Source: Caecitellus pseudoparvulus
Taxonomy: Eukaryota > Protista > Bigyra: Bicosoecida
Reading direction: 5' to 3'
DNA length: 61,543 nt
Assembly: GCA_965644315.1 (NCBI GenBank)
Contig: CBFFRQ010000025.1
Coordinates: 1-61,543, forward strand
The notes under the pieces were generated by a model. That model saw only the letters and a program-made list of their open reading frames with translations. It searched no databases and was not told the DNA's origin. How positions within the stretch are numbered: the stretch's first letter is position 1; each line of letters starts with the position of its first letter. Positions 32,514 to 41,710 of the stretch are shown one piece after another. A program made the translations under genes and the position numbers.

Positions 32514-34684
32514 CTACTTCTTGCTGCTGGCGCCACCCAGCACAGGACGACCGTCGGCGCCCCACGGCGCAGCCAAGCCGCCCTTGCCACTGGCACCCAG
32601 GCTGCGCAGGCGAGAGGAGCCCCCCATTGCAGGCAGGTGGTGCGGGGCCTTCGCAGCGCCCAGGGAGAAGCCCTGTGCCCGTCCGGGGCTGAGGGCGGAC
32701 CCCGCACCCCCCCCTCCAGCAGCTGCCGAGGGAGTGGGCTCGCTGTCCTTGCCCTCTGCATCAGGCTCGGGGACCTCTGCCACCTTGCTCTCCTCTGCAG
32801 CGGGGGCGGGGGACGGCGCTGGTGCTGGGGCGTCCTCAGAGGCCTTGCCCTCTGCACCTGCCTCCGCCTGCGCCTTGGCCGGGCTGGCAGCGGCAGTCGC
32901 AGCGGCCGCTTCAGCCGCCTCAGCGGCAGCTCGCTTGCGCGCAGCGGCGCGGATTTCGTCCCCCACCGACCCGTGGCCCACCTGAGCCCTGAAAGCGTCC
33001 TCCTTCACAGCTGCGACCGTGCCCCACCCAACGCCCGGCACACCCTTGCGGCGGCCTTCCCACACGGACAGGCGCTTGGGCATGGGCAGGTCCTTGCGAG
33101 TGGCGTACTCTGCCTCGGCGTACTGCTTCACCTGCACGCCACGGCAGCGCGCAGTGACGTCGGGGAAGGCGACGTCCAGCAGTGGCTGGTCGTCCTTGGT
33201 GTCGGCCAGGACGCAGTACAGACTGCCGCCGAACCAGACGCAGTGCAGGACGATGCCGACGGAGGTGTACTGCTTGGAGGCGATGACCTCCACGTGTTCC
33301 ATCTCAGGTGGCACTTCGAAGGCCAGCTCGAAGAAGGAGGAGCTCCAGTCCTCGTTCAGCCAGCCGGTAAGGCCCAGCTGGCTCAGCTTCTCCAGCTCCT
33401 CCTCCACGCTGAGCATCTCGGCAGTGAGGAACTCCAGGCTGGCCTTGTACGCCGCCAGGACCGCTGCGTTGGGGGAGTCTGACGGGAACTTGCTGATTTC
33501 ACACAGGTATGCCAAGTTGCCCTGCTGCTTCTGCAGGGTGGGCAGGACGTCCGGGACGTCCCCCAGGTGCAGCCCCTCCACGCCGAAATCCACCTCGCCA
33601 CCGTAGCACCAGTTGCCGAAACGGAAGAGGGCGTCCCGTCTTGTGCTGCCGCTGTCCAGGTGCTTGGGCTTCATCACACAGTACACCTGCATGTACCCTT
33701 CCCCAGCCAGGTCTTCTGTGCCCGTCGCCCGCCTGCCGTCACCCGCTGCTGCTGTCTGCCCGGGGGCGCGGCCGAACGCTGGGTCAGGCACCTGCTCACT
33801 GGCCTCCCACAGCGACAGCTTGCTGAACACGGGGTGGTCGTATGCACGTAGCTGTGAGGGGTGCGCGGAAGGCGGGGTGAGCCAGGCCCATTGCGAAGTG
33901 AGCCACAGCGAGGCTCAACAGAAGCGGAGCAGGCAGCCCACACGTCGCACATGATATGATCGGGCCAAGGCTACACTGTGCACGGGCAACGCGCACGCAC
34001 CTGCAGTCCACGGCGCTTGCCGTAAATCTGCGGAAACATCGTGTCCACCAACGCCTGCTCTCCTGACGAAGACGGAGACAGCGTCACGTAGAACGTGGAG
34101 CGGTACCAGATGACAGTGAGCATGATGTCTCCTGTGAATGTCTTGGCAAACACCACCTCCGCATTCTGCGTTCCAGGAGGGTCGTGGCGAGCAGCGTGAG
34201 CTTAGTGCGCTGCTGGCGTTTCGTGAGTGGCAGCAGCGCCAGCAAGCCGCAACGGCAGCGCCCCTGCACGGAGCACTCCACGCACGTTGAGGGTGTAGGA
34301 CGCCCGGGACTCAAACTCAAAGTACAAGTTCACGTCCTCCTCTGCGATCCAGGTCTCTGTCTCCAAGTACTCTGCCAGCACTTCTTCCACAGAGCCCAGC
34401 TCCTCCTTGATGAAGTCCAGCGCCTCGTTGAGGGTCGCCAGGGACTTGCTGTGGGGACTGTGCTTGGGGATGGCATCAAACTCCGTGAAGTACGGGATGG
34501 TGCCCTGAATGCTCTGCAGGTACCGCATCACAGACGGCAAGTGCTCCATGCTGGGCACGCCAGTGGCAAGCTCCACTGGGCCCGTGTAGCAGAACCTGCC
34601 ATATCGGTACAGGCACGTGGGGCTGGTGAAGCGGGAACCAGAGGCCCCAGCCTGAGGCTTGTACACGAAGTACACTTGGTCCAT
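32514..34684 (-). CDS. Hypothetical protein with two tandem copies of an unrecognised ~230-aa domain
   Basis: Three ORF pieces join in frame through introns 34166-34285 and 33852-34000. The two halves align (QVY.V.KP, L(Y/F)R(Y/F)G..CY.G.V, LQ..QG...Y..E...P..SP, SVEE.L, D..FP....RG.Q, LS.WE). Confidence 0.75.
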
Positions 34685-35133
34685 GGCCGGTGCTCGAAGC
34701 TGCCGGGTCGTGTCACACTTCTGCGGACTTTGGCCGGGCTGCGTCGGGCGAGGCGCACTGCCGGGCAGCGCAAGGCGGGACAGGCAATTGCTGTCAGGCA
34801 ATGAGCTGCAGGCAGGTGTGGACTTTGATTGCCGCGCATCACTGGTCCAGGGCATGGGTCCCTGCGACGAGGGAGCTGGCAGGTGTGTGGGGGGGGTGTG
34901 CACGTCCAACGGCACCCCCCCTCGCCTCGCCTCAGCTTGTCCACGCATCATTCCCCTCCACCCAGCACATCCACACCTGCACCCGCAGTGTGGATGTCAA
35001 GTCAGCTCTGCAGCTCCTGCTGGCTGTGCAGACAGCCTGCCCAGCAGGAGCTGTGCCTGGGTCTCCGCCATGAAGGGGTGAGGTGAGTGGCTTGCGTGCG
35101 TTTGTCAGTCAGTGCGAGTGTGTGTGTGGTCTT

Positions 35134-35216
35134 GGGCGGTGAGGAAGACAAACCAGACTCAGCAAGGGGTTACCAACTTCCACTGTTGACAGATATCACC
35201 CATATATTCTGAGCCC
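35134..35216 (+). ncRNA. Box C/D snoRNA candidate A (copy 1)
   Basis: Terminal stem GGGC/GCCC flanks a C-box variant GTGAGGA (35139-35145) and D box CTGA (35209-35212). C'-like CTGTTGA. Identical in both copies. Confidence 0.55.
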
Positions 35217-35288
35217 TTGCTTGTGTGGGGGCGTGTGCCGCCCCGGAAGTGTGTGCGTGTGGCGGGTGTGTGGCTTTGCCGTGGCGCT

Positions 35289-35382
35289 CTGCTCTGTGAT
35301 GACTGGACTTACCCAGCTCGCTTCGACCTCGTCGGATGAAGAGAACTTTCGTCCCCAACTCACGTACCTTGTCTGAGAGCAG
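35289..35382 (+). ncRNA. Box C/D snoRNA candidate B, U29/snR71-like (copy 1)
   Basis: Stem CTGCTC/GAGCAG, C box GTGATGA (35296-35302), D box CTGA (35373-35376), C'-like CGGATGA. Guide ACCCAGCTCGC before a D'-like TCGA pairs with conserved LSU rRNA GUGAGCUGGGU, and the +5 rule falls on the A. Confidence 0.75.
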
Positions 35383-36192
35383 TGTGTCGTGTGCCGGGCA
35401 GCGTGTTGGCGTGTGGCTGGTTGGCCGGCGTGTCAGCTGGTGTTGGGTTGTCATGTTCCGCACGGCGCCGTGCTTCACGACTTGGCGCGTCGCTTTCTTG
35501 CGCAGGGGCGATGGAGTGCAGGCATGTGAAGAGCGTGGTCAGGGCGTGGAGGTGGGTGTGCATGTGTGTGCTGGGTGTGTGGCCGCCGAGAGGGAGCCGA
35601 AGGCATCCAATTGCAGCCCGGGCGTCCATGCTGGAGCTGTCCAGACACCTTCGCACAGCACGTGTGGGCCTTGAGTGCGGCGGGTGGTGGCCCTCGTGCT
35701 GAGGTGCGCCGCCTGCCCCCTTGGTCCCGGGCGTGGGTCCTTAAGGCGGCCACCCCCCTTCCGTGGCGAAGTATGTGCCGAGTTTGCCTGGGCATGGCGC
35801 ACGGCAGTGAGGCATGTCCAGTGCGGGCCGGTGAGCATGCCGCCGTGACGCGGTTGGGAGCTCTGCGTGTCAGAGTGCATCCTGGGTGCTTCACTGAGTC
35901 ATACCTGCGCGACATGCACAGGCAGCCTTGAATCGATGTGTTTGTGGAGTGGGAGCAATACATTTGACCTCACTCGCCCCGCGGCGCTGGCTTGCATGCA
36001 TACTGTGAGACCGAGGCAATGCACATGGCGCCACCAAACACTTGCCCTACGGAGGTCGTGTGGATCTCGTGAGCCTTGAGCCATCGTGGACGCTGTCCTG
36101 CATCTGCTCTGCTTGTTGCCGCCTGCGTTTTCCAGTGTCCTCGTGCGGAACTTGACCACGTGCCGATCAGGCTCGGTGTGGCCTGCTGCCAC

Positions 36193-39100
36193 ATGGCAGG
36201 CCTGGCTCCCTCACGCTCCATGGCTCGGAGTTTAGCATGCTGTCTGCTCATTGTAGCTACTCTCCGCGGCCTTGCTCAAGGCTCGTCTCAGCCGCAGGCT
36301 GTGCCTGGCGTCCCACAGGGTGTGCCAGCGCCGATGCAGGGCAACGGCGCTCGTGACAGGTTCCTGTCCATGGCCAGTCGCAGCTGGGCCGATGTAGGCA
36401 TTCCTCCCCAAGTGCTGGGGCGAGTTCCTGGAACCCTGCGACTGCAAGTCACGGAGCAGCCATCCAAGACCACTCCCGCGGAGAACCGAGCAGCAGGTGG
36501 CGCTCCGCAGAGCAAGGAGCACTCCATGCTGCACAGTTTCGACTGCCTGCTCCCAGTGCCCGCGCAGCACCCTGCTCAGCTGCTGTTTGAGTCTGCTCGT
36601 CTCGTGCTGTGGATGGAGGGCCTGCGTGTGGCGCCCCGTTTCCCGCTCGGCTGGCTGGCAGATCCGCTGCGGCCGGAGGAGGGCGCGGCGCCCCCCCCCT
36701 GGCTCAGCGACGCAGAGCTGTCATCCGTCCTGGCCGCTGCACGGAAGGCGCGCTACCCGGTGAAACATGCGGCACCTTCAACGCCCGCGGAGCAAGCGGC
36801 GTTTCTGACAGCCTGGAACTCCTCCCTCATCCTGCACCCGTACGCTGAGGACTGGGCGGACAAGCTGGTGGAGTCAGTCAAGAACACGACGCTCCCCACA
36901 GCCCTGACGTGGCTCACAGCTGCAGCTGCGGCGGGGCATCCGGCGTCAAAGGTGCTCCTGGCGCACTTGTGGCTGTATGGCGACCGGGCTCTACTGCCGG
37001 ATGCTGCGTGGAGGGCAGTGTCTGCCCTGCTCCGCGGCAGCTCAGGCAAAGCTGTGCAGGCAGCGTCGCTGGCACACTTGCGCCGCCTACACAGTGTCGT
37101 GGGTGGGCACGGCCGCCTGCTGCGGGAGGTGCAGACAGCCATCTCGGCCCTCCAGACGGCTCCCACGTGGGGGTTCAGCTTGACTAGCATGGCCGACGCA
37201 CAGCTGTTGCTGGCAAGTGCGGTGGAGGACTTGGAGACTTCGTTTGCACCACTTGTGGATGTCCTCCAAGGTCGCACGGTGTCCACACCCTGGTACGCCA
37301 TCCTGCACTCGCAGTGGGTGGCGGAGGTGTCTGCTGCCGTCGCCGCAGACCTGCAGCAGTCGCCCCTGCCGCCCGCCCCAGCCAGAAGCACGCCGCCTGC
37401 AGAGAACGCCTCGGCGTATTTCGCCCATGGTGCAGGCGTCGCGTCTCCACGGGCTTGGGCATCTGACAAGCCGGGGGCGCTGCGCCTAGCCCCCGTTGCT
37501 GAGGCTGCACACGTTGTGGGAGCCGCACCCGCCCACGAGCAGCAGGTGCAAGAGGCAGCAGAATCGCTCATGCACCGAGCCCTGCAGCATGCCATGACCC
37601 ACTTGCAGGCGCCGAACGTGAAGCAGCTGGCACAGGGCTTGAAGCACGAGCTGGGCAGCAGTCCCACAGTGGCGGGTGAACACGACCAGCCCTGGCCCCA
37701 GAAACTGGCTGTGGCGGGGCCAGCGTCCGCCCCAGAGCCTACCAGTGGCAGTTTACCGGTTGGGCTGATTGGCTGGGTGGCCGAGGACGCAGGGGCTCTG
37801 CCTGGTGTGCGGGATGCGCTGGAGGCGTGGGCCAGCGCGCTGTCCACGCTGTCCCTCCTGGCCGCCGCCAAGGCCCCAGCACCAACCTTCTCCGCCATTG
37901 GAGGCTTGCACGCTGGGCACGGCGACGCCGCCCCCTGGTTACAAGGTCACGCAGTGGGGCCTCTGGAGGAGCTGCTGCGCCAGGGCACGCTTCCAGGAGC
38001 TCTGCCGCTGCAGCCTGCCTCCGATGACCACCCGCCTGCGCAAACATCCCCTGCTGAAGCTGCCCAGGCGCTTCGCAAGCAGGCCGACGAAGAGTCCTCC
38101 ATGTTAGTCGGCGTCATGCAGCGCCTGGGGGCGGCAGGGGACCCTGTCGTGGCGATGGGGCATGCGTTTGGCCAAGTGTGGCCGCAGCTGCAGCAGCATC
38201 CTGCCGGTTGGCCAGGGGCCAGCGCGTGGAACGGCAGTGCGGCCACGCCAGCAGACGGCACCCACTGCCAGGCAGTGCAAGCCGCCATCATGAAGCACGC
38301 CTCGCGGGTTCTGCAGGCCCAAGACATGGGCGCAGCAGGCACCTCGCCGCCCATGGCCACTCTGTGGGAGGACAGCCAGGTGTCGGCAGCGGAAGCAGAG
38401 AAGGACGACTCACTGGAGTACCTGCAGTCCCTGGCAGAGCAGGGCAATGGACCAGCGGCGGCCCGCATGGGGGAGATGCACTACCATGGGGATGAGGTGG
38501 CGGGTCGGGACAGGGACATGCAGGCAGCCCACCGTTTCTGGCGCATGGCGGCGGACGCGGGGCACGCCGCGGGGCACGCCAATCTCGGCATGCTGTACGT
38601 GAATGGCTTGGGGCCCGCGCCCGAGGGCTTGGATGGGCAGGGGCCAGAGGGTGCTGAGCTGGAAGCGGCCGAGGCTGGTGCTGCCGTTGATGTTGGCGGG
38701 CAAGGCATGGGTGGCGGCGGCTTCGGCGTCCCAGCGGGGGGGGGCGCTGACCATGGTGGTGATGCAGTGCCAGGTGAGCATGGTGGTGGCGATGGCCAGG
38801 GCGGTGGCGGGGTCGGGCACGGTGCAGGCGGAGGAGGTGCTGAGGCTGGAGGGGGACGCCAGCAGGCAGGGGCCGGTGCCGGCGCTGCCGACGCGCCACA
38901 TGCAGGCGCTGGGCTGGAGGGGCTGGCAGACGAGCCCTTCCCAGGGGATGAGGACTTTGACCCGCTCGCGCCGCGGCGCCACCATATGCTCTCCATGCTG
39001 CCAGACGGCCGCGTGGTGAACGTGACGGGGGCGCTGTTCCACTACCACACGGCAGCGGAGATGGGCGAGCCCTCTGCGTACAATGGCCTCGGGTACATTT

Positions 39101-41475
39101 ACATGACTGGCATGGACGGCGCTGTGCCGCCCAACATCACTGCCGCAGCGCTGTACTTCGCCATGGCCACGGAAGCCGGCGTGGCGGAGGCGGCGGGGAA
39201 CCTGGCTGTCATGTACTTGGGGGGTAACGGCGTGCCGCTGAACGGCACCAAGGCCCGGCAGTTGCTGGAGTTCGTGGGGCAGCAGCACCCCCCCATCGTG
39301 CACTCCACGTACAACCTGGGCTTGCTGCACGCGTACGGGTGGGACCCCGAGGCTGGCGTCTCGTGCCCAGAGGCAGTGAAGCACTTCCTCACTGTCGTGA
39401 GCAGGGGGCCGTGGCAGTACACGTACCCAGCGTCGCTGGACCTGGCTGTCGCCGCCTTCAACGCTGGCATGGCGTCGTTGGGCAAGGGCCCCAGTGACGC
39501 AGCCTTGACCCTGGCCCGTGGCCGGGTCAAGCAGTGGTGGAGGGGGGTGCTGGACTCCCCCGACGTGCCAGACGGCCCGACTGCCTCCTCCACTGCGCTG
39601 CCGGCCCCTGCTGTGGACGGCGCCGGCCTGATGCTGCCGCACAGCATCGCGCCACATGCGAGCCTGCTGGACACCCTGCACTGGGAGGAGCCGGCGAGTA
39701 GCCTTGAGGGTGGACAGGACTCCCCACCGTCCCCGCGTGAGGAGACGCCGCTGGAGGTGGTGGCGGGGACTGTGGACGGGTTGGCGCGCGGCGTGCGTAG
39801 TGTCGCCAAGGCGTTACGCGCCTTTGGCCGCACGGCAGCCCACGTTGCCCGGCGCGGGGCAGGGGACACGAACCCCATTCCCAGCGCCTTCAATGCCGAG
39901 CGAGAGCCGTGGAGTCTGCAGCGCCCGTTGCTGGGCGTCAGGGACATCCCCATGCCAGCCGGCAGCCCCCCTTCAGCCTGGCGCGCTGCCCTGCGCCACA
40001 CGCTCACCCTGTCTGCGGCAGGGTCTCTGCCTGGCATCGATGACTCGGCCTGGTTGCTGGATAAGGGTGTGGGGCGCGAGGACTGGGCCCCCATCACGTT
40101 CTTCAGCCCCGTCACCCACCGCCTCGCCGCCAACATCCCGCTCATGGGGCACGCAGCTCTGCATCTCGCGGCAGCAGCGCCCTCCAACCGTCCAGCCTGG
40201 CTGCGAGATGTGCTGGTGGCTGCCAACGTGCCCCCCGATGTGGCCAAGGGCAGCCTGCCCAGCGCCACTTCTTGGGCGCTGCTGCAAGGCGCTGCCCTTG
40301 CGTCCGGACTGCAGGGCGCACTGCAGCTGTCTGCGTACACCCACGCCTTCGCCCTGGCTTCGCCGGGTGCCGAGGCGGCGTCAAGAGCACTGTATCCATC
40401 TAGTGGGGGTCTTGGCTGCCGCTTGGCTGTGCCTGGCGCGCAGCTGCCCTCCGGCCTCGCGCCGACATGCGGGGGACCTCAGCGGCTCCATGCTTCGCCC
40501 GAGGTGTGGGGGGTGGCGCGGGGTCTGGCTGCTACCCGACTGTACGCGGCGGGAGCAGCCCGAGGCGGACGGCGGGCGGCGCGCCGCGCAGGCGAGTGCG
40601 CGCTGGCAGCGGCTCTGGACGGCGGCGAGACCGTCGTGTCTCCCGCTGAGGTGGGTGGGGTGCGCACCCTGTACGGGAGCAAGGAGGGCCCCCTGCGTGC
40701 CGTGCTGGATGTCAATGTCGGCAAGGGGCTGGGGGGGTTCGTTGCCGGCGCCTGCCCCGCCAATGGGACTCTAGGCCTGGCGTTGCTGCACACTGCGGAG
40801 AGCAGGGGCGACGCAGCCGCCTCGCTGCACCTGGCTTCGCTGCAGGCGAGTGGGGTGGCGGTGGGGGGCGGGGAGCGCTCCCTCATCCCCCCCTCCGTGC
40901 AGCGGGCGTGGTCCGAGTTGGACAGCATTGACGACGGGGCTTGGGCTCGGTACCATGCAGTGTGGCTGCAACACCGCCTGGTGTGGAGCTGGGCGGCGGG
41001 GAAGGTGTGGGAGGCTGCCGAGGGCGGGGTGGGCGGCCTGGTGCAGCTTGGGCGTGCGTTTGCGGCGGAGGTGGGGGGATTCTTGGCCAACCACTCGTTG
41101 GAGGCACTCAGTGCCATGGTGTCGCACAATGAGCAGGCATATGCTGCGAACTTGCCCGAGCCGCAGTGGGCGGGCCTGGCGGATGAGGTGCGAGCTGCAG
41201 TGGAGGGGGGTGAGGAGGGGGCTGAGGAGGAAGAGGAGGCTTCCGTCGACGGCGCAGGAGATGACAAGGACGTGGCATCTGTGTCAGGTGCTGACAGCGG
41301 CAGCCCGGGCGACAGCGCGAGCAGCTTGCAGTTTGTGCGCCTGGGCCCCGTTGAGGTGCAGCCGCAGGAGGCGGGGCAGCTCCTGGCCGGTATGTACGCG
41401 GCTGCGGGGGGGCTGGCGCTGCTCACAGCGTGGCTGGTTTGGTTGGCTGTTGCCGCAGTGGTGTCTGGGATGTGA
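36193..41475 (+). CDS. SEL1L: SEL1L/HRD3-like SEL1-repeat ER membrane protein, greatly expanded
   Basis: Signal-peptide-like N-terminus. SEL1 repeats EYLQSLAEQGNGPAAARMGEMHYHG, AADAGHAAGHANLGMLYVNG and AYNGLGYIYMTG. SCPEAVKHFLTVVSRGPW resembles the SEL1L SC..AV..FK.V.ERG.W motif. C-terminal TM. Confidence 0.75.
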   Translation: MAGLAPSRSMARSLACCLLIVATLRGLAQGSSQPQAVPGVPQGVPAPMQGNGARDRFLSMASRSWADVGIPPQVLGRVPGTLRLQVTEQPSKTTPAENRAAGGAPQSKEHSMLHSFDCLLPVPAQHPAQLLFESARLVLWMEGLRVAPRFPLGWLADPLRPEEGAAPPPWLSDAELSSVLAAARKARYPVKHAAPSTPAEQAAFLTAWNSSLILHPYAEDWADKLVESVKNTTLPTALTWLTAAAAAGHPASKVLLAHLWLYGDRALLPDAAWRAVSALLRGSSGKAVQAASLAHLRRLHSVVGGHGRLLREVQTAISALQTAPTWGFSLTSMADAQLLLASAVEDLETSFAPLVDVLQGRTVSTPWYAILHSQWVAEVSAAVAADLQQSPLPPAPARSTPPAENASAYFAHGAGVASPRAWASDKPGALRLAPVAEAAHVVGAAPAHEQQVQEAAESLMHRALQHAMTHLQAPNVKQLAQGLKHELGSSPTVAGEHDQPWPQKLAVAGPASAPEPTSGSLPVGLIGWVAEDAGALPGVRDALEAWASALSTLSLLAAAKAPAPTFSAIGGLHAGHGDAAPWLQGHAVGPLEELLRQGTLPGALPLQPASDDHPPAQTSPAEAAQALRKQADEESSMLVGVMQRLGAAGDPVVAMGHAFGQVWPQLQQHPAGWPGASAWNGSAATPADGTHCQAVQAAIMKHASRVLQAQDMGAAGTSPPMATLWEDSQVSAAEAEKDDSLEYLQSLAEQGNGPAAARMGEMHYHGDEVAGRDRDMQAAHRFWRMAADAGHAAGHANLGMLYVNGLGPAPEGLDGQGPEGAELEAAEAGAAVDVGGQGMGGGGFGVPAGGGADHGGDAVPGEHGGGDGQGGGGVGHGAGGGGAEAGGGRQQAGAGAGAADAPHAGAGLEGLADEPFPGDEDFDPLAPRRHHMLSMLPDGRVVNVTGALFHYHTAAEMGEPSAYNGLGYIYMTGMDGAVPPNITAAALYFAMATEAGVAEAAGNLAVMYLGGNGVPLNGTKARQLLEFVGQQHPPIVHSTYNLGLLHAYGWDPEAGVSCPEAVKHFLTVVSRGPWQYTYPASLDLAVAAFNAGMASLGKGPSDAALTLARGRVKQWWRGVLDSPDVPDGPTASSTALPAPAVDGAGLMLPHSIAPHASLLDTLHWEEPASSLEGGQDSPPSPREETPLEVVAGTVDGLARGVRSVAKALRAFGRTAAHVARRGAGDTNPIPSAFNAEREPWSLQRPLLGVRDIPMPAGSPPSAWRAALRHTLTLSAAGSLPGIDDSAWLLDKGVGREDWAPITFFSPVTHRLAANIPLMGHAALHLAAAAPSNRPAWLRDVLVAANVPPDVAKGSLPSATSWALLQGAALASGLQGALQLSAYTHAFALASPGAEAASRALYPSSGGLGCRLAVPGAQLPSGLAPTCGGPQRLHASPEVWGVARGLAATRLYAAGAARGGRRAARRAGECALAAALDGGETVVSPAEVGGVRTLYGSKEGPLRAVLDVNVGKGLGGFVAGACPANGTLGLALLHTAESRGDAAASLHLASLQASGVAVGGGERSLIPPSVQRAWSELDSIDDGAWARYHAVWLQHRLVWSWAAGKVWEAAEGGVGGLVQLGRAFAAEVGGFLANHSLEALSAMVSHNEQAYAANLPEPQWAGLADEVRAAVEGGEEGAEEEEEASVDGAGDDKDVASVSGADSGSPGDSASSLQFVRLGPVEVQPQEAGQLLAGMYAAAGGLALLTAWLVWLAVAAVVSGM

Positions 41476-41710
41476 TGGCGCGTTGCAAGCAGGTGGAGGG
41501 TTGACGCTTCACCAGACGTTGCATGGTGGCCGGAGCATCCATGAAGGGGGGGGCGGGAAAGCTCGCAGGGACAAGCCCCAAAATGTAAACATGCGCCCTC
41601 TTGGCCTTTCCTGCGCTGAAGCTCCGCGCAGAGCAGCACATGATGAAGAGTGCGGGCTGTGGTGGAGTTGAGCTGGACCAATTTCCGCAGCCAACGCCAC
41701 GCCGAGCGCC

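Larger units (their letters stand above)
34876..35996 (+). repeat. ~1.1-kb non-coding cassette, copy 1 (putative snoRNA host locus)
   Basis: Near-identical direct copy at 52695-53809, with scattered substitutions and a TGTG indel. No credible ORF. Confidence 0.92.

Noticed and set aside
35290-35360. Hammerhead ribozyme
   Set aside because: No intact CUGANGA plus GAAA core with the required stems on either strand; C/D boxes explain the region better.
35885-35966. H/ACA snoRNA (hairpin followed by ACA-TTT)
   Set aside because: No H box found. TACATT is equally explained as the minus-strand AATGTA motif.
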